This document shows positions 49,371 through 49,751 of a stretch of DNA of 49,751 nt, in pieces (within the stretch, counting starts at the first letter, position 1; each line of letters starts with the position of its first letter). The position numbers and the translations under genes were made by a program. Source of the DNA: Flavobacteriaceae bacterium ASP10-09a. Its GTDB lineage: Bacteria > Bacteroidota > Bacteroidia > Flavobacteriales > Flavobacteriaceae. The notes beneath the pieces are model-generated. The model did not search any database. It was not told the origin of the DNA and saw only the letters and a program-made list of their open reading frames with translations. The stretch is from the NCBI GenBank assembly GCA_000981625.1, contig LAQA01000020.1:14604-64354 (forward strand), given 5' to 3'.

Positions 49371-49443
49371 GCGAAAGTAGCTCAGTTGGTAGAGCGTCAG
49401 CCTTCCAAGCTGAATGTCGCCGGTTCGAACCCGGTCTTTCGCT
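49371..49443 (+). tRNA. tRNA-Gly(TCC)
   Basis: Acceptor GCGAAAG/CTTTCGC; TCAGC-CTTCCAA-GCTGA. Confidence 0.97.
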
Positions 49444-49460
49444 CAATATTACCAACAAAA

Positions 49461-49533
49461 GCCGGTGTAGCTCAGTTGGTAGAGCGCATCCTTGGTAGGG
49501 ATGAGGTCGTGGGTTCAAATCCCATCGCTGGCT
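49461..49533 (+). tRNA. tRNA-Thr(GGT)
   Basis: Acceptor GCCGGTG/CGCTGGC; CATCC-TTGGTAG-GGATG. Confidence 0.95.
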
Positions 49534-49593
49534 CATTTAATACGTATTATTAGACACTAAATATATTTAAACTAAGAATTAAAATCAATAATC

Positions 49594-49751
49594 ATGGCAA
49601 AAGCAAATTTTGACCGTTCGAAGCCACACTTAAACATTGGTACTATCGGACACGTAGATCACGGTAAGACTACTTTAACTGCGGCTATTACTAAAGTATT
49701 ATCGGATGCAGGTTTCTGCGAATCTAAATCTTTTGATCAGATTGATAATGC
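49594..49751 (+). CDS. tuf: Elongation factor Tu (5' part, runs off the window)
   Basis: Translated by hand: [36 protein letters not shown]; follows the Thr-Tyr-Gly-Thr tRNA cluster; absent from the ORF track. Confidence 0.97.
   Translation, partial: MAKANFDRSKPHLNIGTIGHVDHGKTTLTAAITKVLSDAGFCESKSFDQIDN

Noticed and set aside
47851-49533. Tyrosine recombinase near tRNAs as a possible integrative element
   Set aside because: It is XerC-sized, sits in a housekeeping rpsU-xer-hpf-tRNA-tuf context, and has no att duplication or cargo genes.
49159-49533. tRNA genes lack an encoded 3' CCA
   Set aside because: Normal for many bacteria; CCA is added post-transcriptionally.
49285-49536. 83-aa minus-strand ORF
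   Set aside because: Antisense translation of three tRNA genes.

Overview
AT-rich core-chromosome segment of a Flavobacteriaceae bacterium (Polaribacter/Tenacibaculum-like; inferred from gene content, TAnnTTTG -7 promoters and a Shine-Dalgarno on rpsU only). It holds about 40 mostly housekeeping genes. These include a DEDDh exonuclease, a GH3/serine-hydrolase fusion, rsmE, a ceramide-synthase-like GNAT, a YfhO/GT4/GT4/flippase cluster split by a TPR-AraC regulator, a Crp/Fnr regulator, the parA-parB-dapB-lepB-wbqC run, pepD, a fused 2-oxoacid dehydrogenase E1, uvrA, a K+ channel, rpsU-xerC-hpf, four tRNAs and the 5' end of tuf. I saw no prophage, IS or CRISPR. The most interesting unexplained signals are non-coding. 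(1) A compact unit directly behind the Crp/Fnr gene: palindromic box, -7 promoter, C-rich-loop hairpin, terminator. (2) A similar tiny promoter-to-terminator unit beside the TPR-AraC gene. Both suggest regulators whose output is a ~60-70 nt RNA. There are also two diverged Flavo-1-like elements and a REP-like doublet. Protein oddities include an M1-like peptidase with no HExxH motif and a DUF2851 protein with nuclease-like and Cys-cluster motifs. All family calls come from motif recognition by eye; no searches were run.
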